From Octopus sinensis (Eukaryota): DNA of 64,000 nucleotides. The notes beneath the pieces are model-generated. The model did no database searches, had not been told where the DNA came from, and was given only the letters and a program-made list of their open reading frames with translations. The stretch spans positions 3,348,001-3,412,000 of the forward strand of contig NC_043023.1 of assembly GCF_006345805.1 (NCBI RefSeq). The letters are read 5' to 3'. Of the stretch, positions 62,769 to 64,000 are shown piece after piece. The translations under genes and the position numbers were made by a program. Positions within the stretch are counted from its first letter, which is position 1, and each line of letters opens with the position of its first letter.

Positions 62769-63982
62769 TATATAGACAGACAGACAGACAGACAGATAGA
62801 TAGATAGATAGATATATATATATATAGAGAGAGAGATAGACATAGATAGATAGATAAAGAGAGATAGATAGATAGATAGATAGAGAGAGATAGATAGATA
62901 GATAGATAGATAGACAGATAGATAGATAGATAGGTAGATAGATAGAGAGAGAGAGAGAGAGATAGTAAAACGAAACGTAGTAAAAATAATTCTCTACTAA
63001 ACTAGGTTTTATATTTCTTTCGTTTTTATACCCTCAATTACTTCAAAGTATATTTAGAAATAGACAGACTATTTATCATCGAACTAAATGAAATGTGTAG
63101 ATATGATTATCTCTTGTTAATGTGATATATAATTTTTTTTTAAGGTGTGGGGAAGAATAAAAATACGAAACTAGAACAAGGAATTATTCAACTGCAAATA
63201 CAATTTGATGACAGAAAGTTGAGAAAAAGAGAATCGGAACAAGATGGAACGAAACATACAGTCGGTTCCGTATACACACGCAGCTAGAAGCATACATTTA
63301 TATGTGTAATATCATTTCTGAAAATTTCACTTACAATATATAACAAACATATTATTCCCAATGTATTGCAAGGCTAAAAAATTTATATAAAATACAAAAA
63401 CATTGAAATTCTTTTTATCTGTGACAGATTCTATCTTTTTTTTGGGGGGGGGGTTCTTTTTGTCTACGTTTCGTTTTATTTTCTGTGTCGGTTTTATAAT
63501 ATTCCTGATGTCAAACTGCTGTCGAGTCGCACCTTGCTTGTAATTAAAGATATTTCACATTTAGCATTGATTTATCAGAACAGGTAAGACATAATTACAT
63601 ATTACCTTAGTAAAAATCAGTGAATACGGATAATTAAAAGCTCCAGGCAGAAGTGCAAATTGTTAATGTTGATAAGTCCGAGATCGCTATTAAACCTTTA
63701 TTGTCCGTCACTAATTGTCTGATACCAGTAATTAAACTATAACCTAAATAAATAAGTTTATTCTAGACCCTTCTGGGATCTTTTCCGTTTGACCGGCAGT
63801 TTTTTAACATAATTTCCACGTAACTAAACATTTTAAACTTCGTATACTGGTAGAATGTGTTTATAAAACATCTTTTTCTCTTGGCTTTATTGAGAAAATT
63901 CTATTGTTTGTAAGATATTTGTTGTTTTTTTTCTGCAATTTCAACCAATCAATGACGTCTATTGAGGTGAAACAAACATTCT
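61780..63982. other. Segmental duplicate of 47330-52460, lacking the hAT and with one block in opposite orientation
   Basis: 61780-62565 is the reverse complement of about 47800-48587. 62960-63982 is a direct paralogue of 48950-49746 joined to 52253-52460. Confidence 0.9.
61872..62255 (-). mobile_element. SINE family C, paralogous copy of 48112-48495
   Basis: Reverse complement of 48112-48495, including the TSD (AAATAGTAGT at 61862-61871 and 62256-62265). Confidence 0.85.
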
Positions 63983-64000
63983 GGTAGGCCTGAGGCTATA

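Noticed and set aside
61780-63982. Duplication as an uncollapsed haplotype or assembly artefact
   Set aside because: The copies differ by many substitutions, an inversion, the hAT insertion and different outer flanks, which fits paralogy better. It is not formally excluded without reads.

Overview
Repeat-dominated animal genomic DNA, most likely an octopus/coleoid cephalopod. This is an inference from the SINE and RTE families, the extreme microsatellite density and the [10 protein letters not shown]-type zinc fingers. Host genes supported by the sequence: a probable terminal coding exon of an upstream gene (404-495), an intact single-exon SREB-type (GPR27/GPR85/GPR173-like) class A GPCR (29578-30681) and a 13-finger C2H2 zinc-finger gene with one frameshift (56600-57750). 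Mobile elements: a near full-length RTE LINE with tandemly repeated 5' monomers, a 2.5-kb Charlie/SPIN-like hAT whose empty site is visible in a paralogous segment, a solo LTR inside a CR1 fragment, several MITE families that have expanded into satellites, and many tRNA-derived SINEs. The least obvious signal is a set of type I hammerhead-ribozyme motifs of the Penelope/retrozyme kind, found in palindromic and tandem repeats at about 12.1-12.3 kb, 40.3-40.7 kb and 58.3-58.5 kb, with weaker remnants elsewhere. All motifs were identified by eye, family assignments rest on recalled consensus features rather than database searches, and repeat boundaries are approximate unless a target-site duplication (TSD) is quoted.
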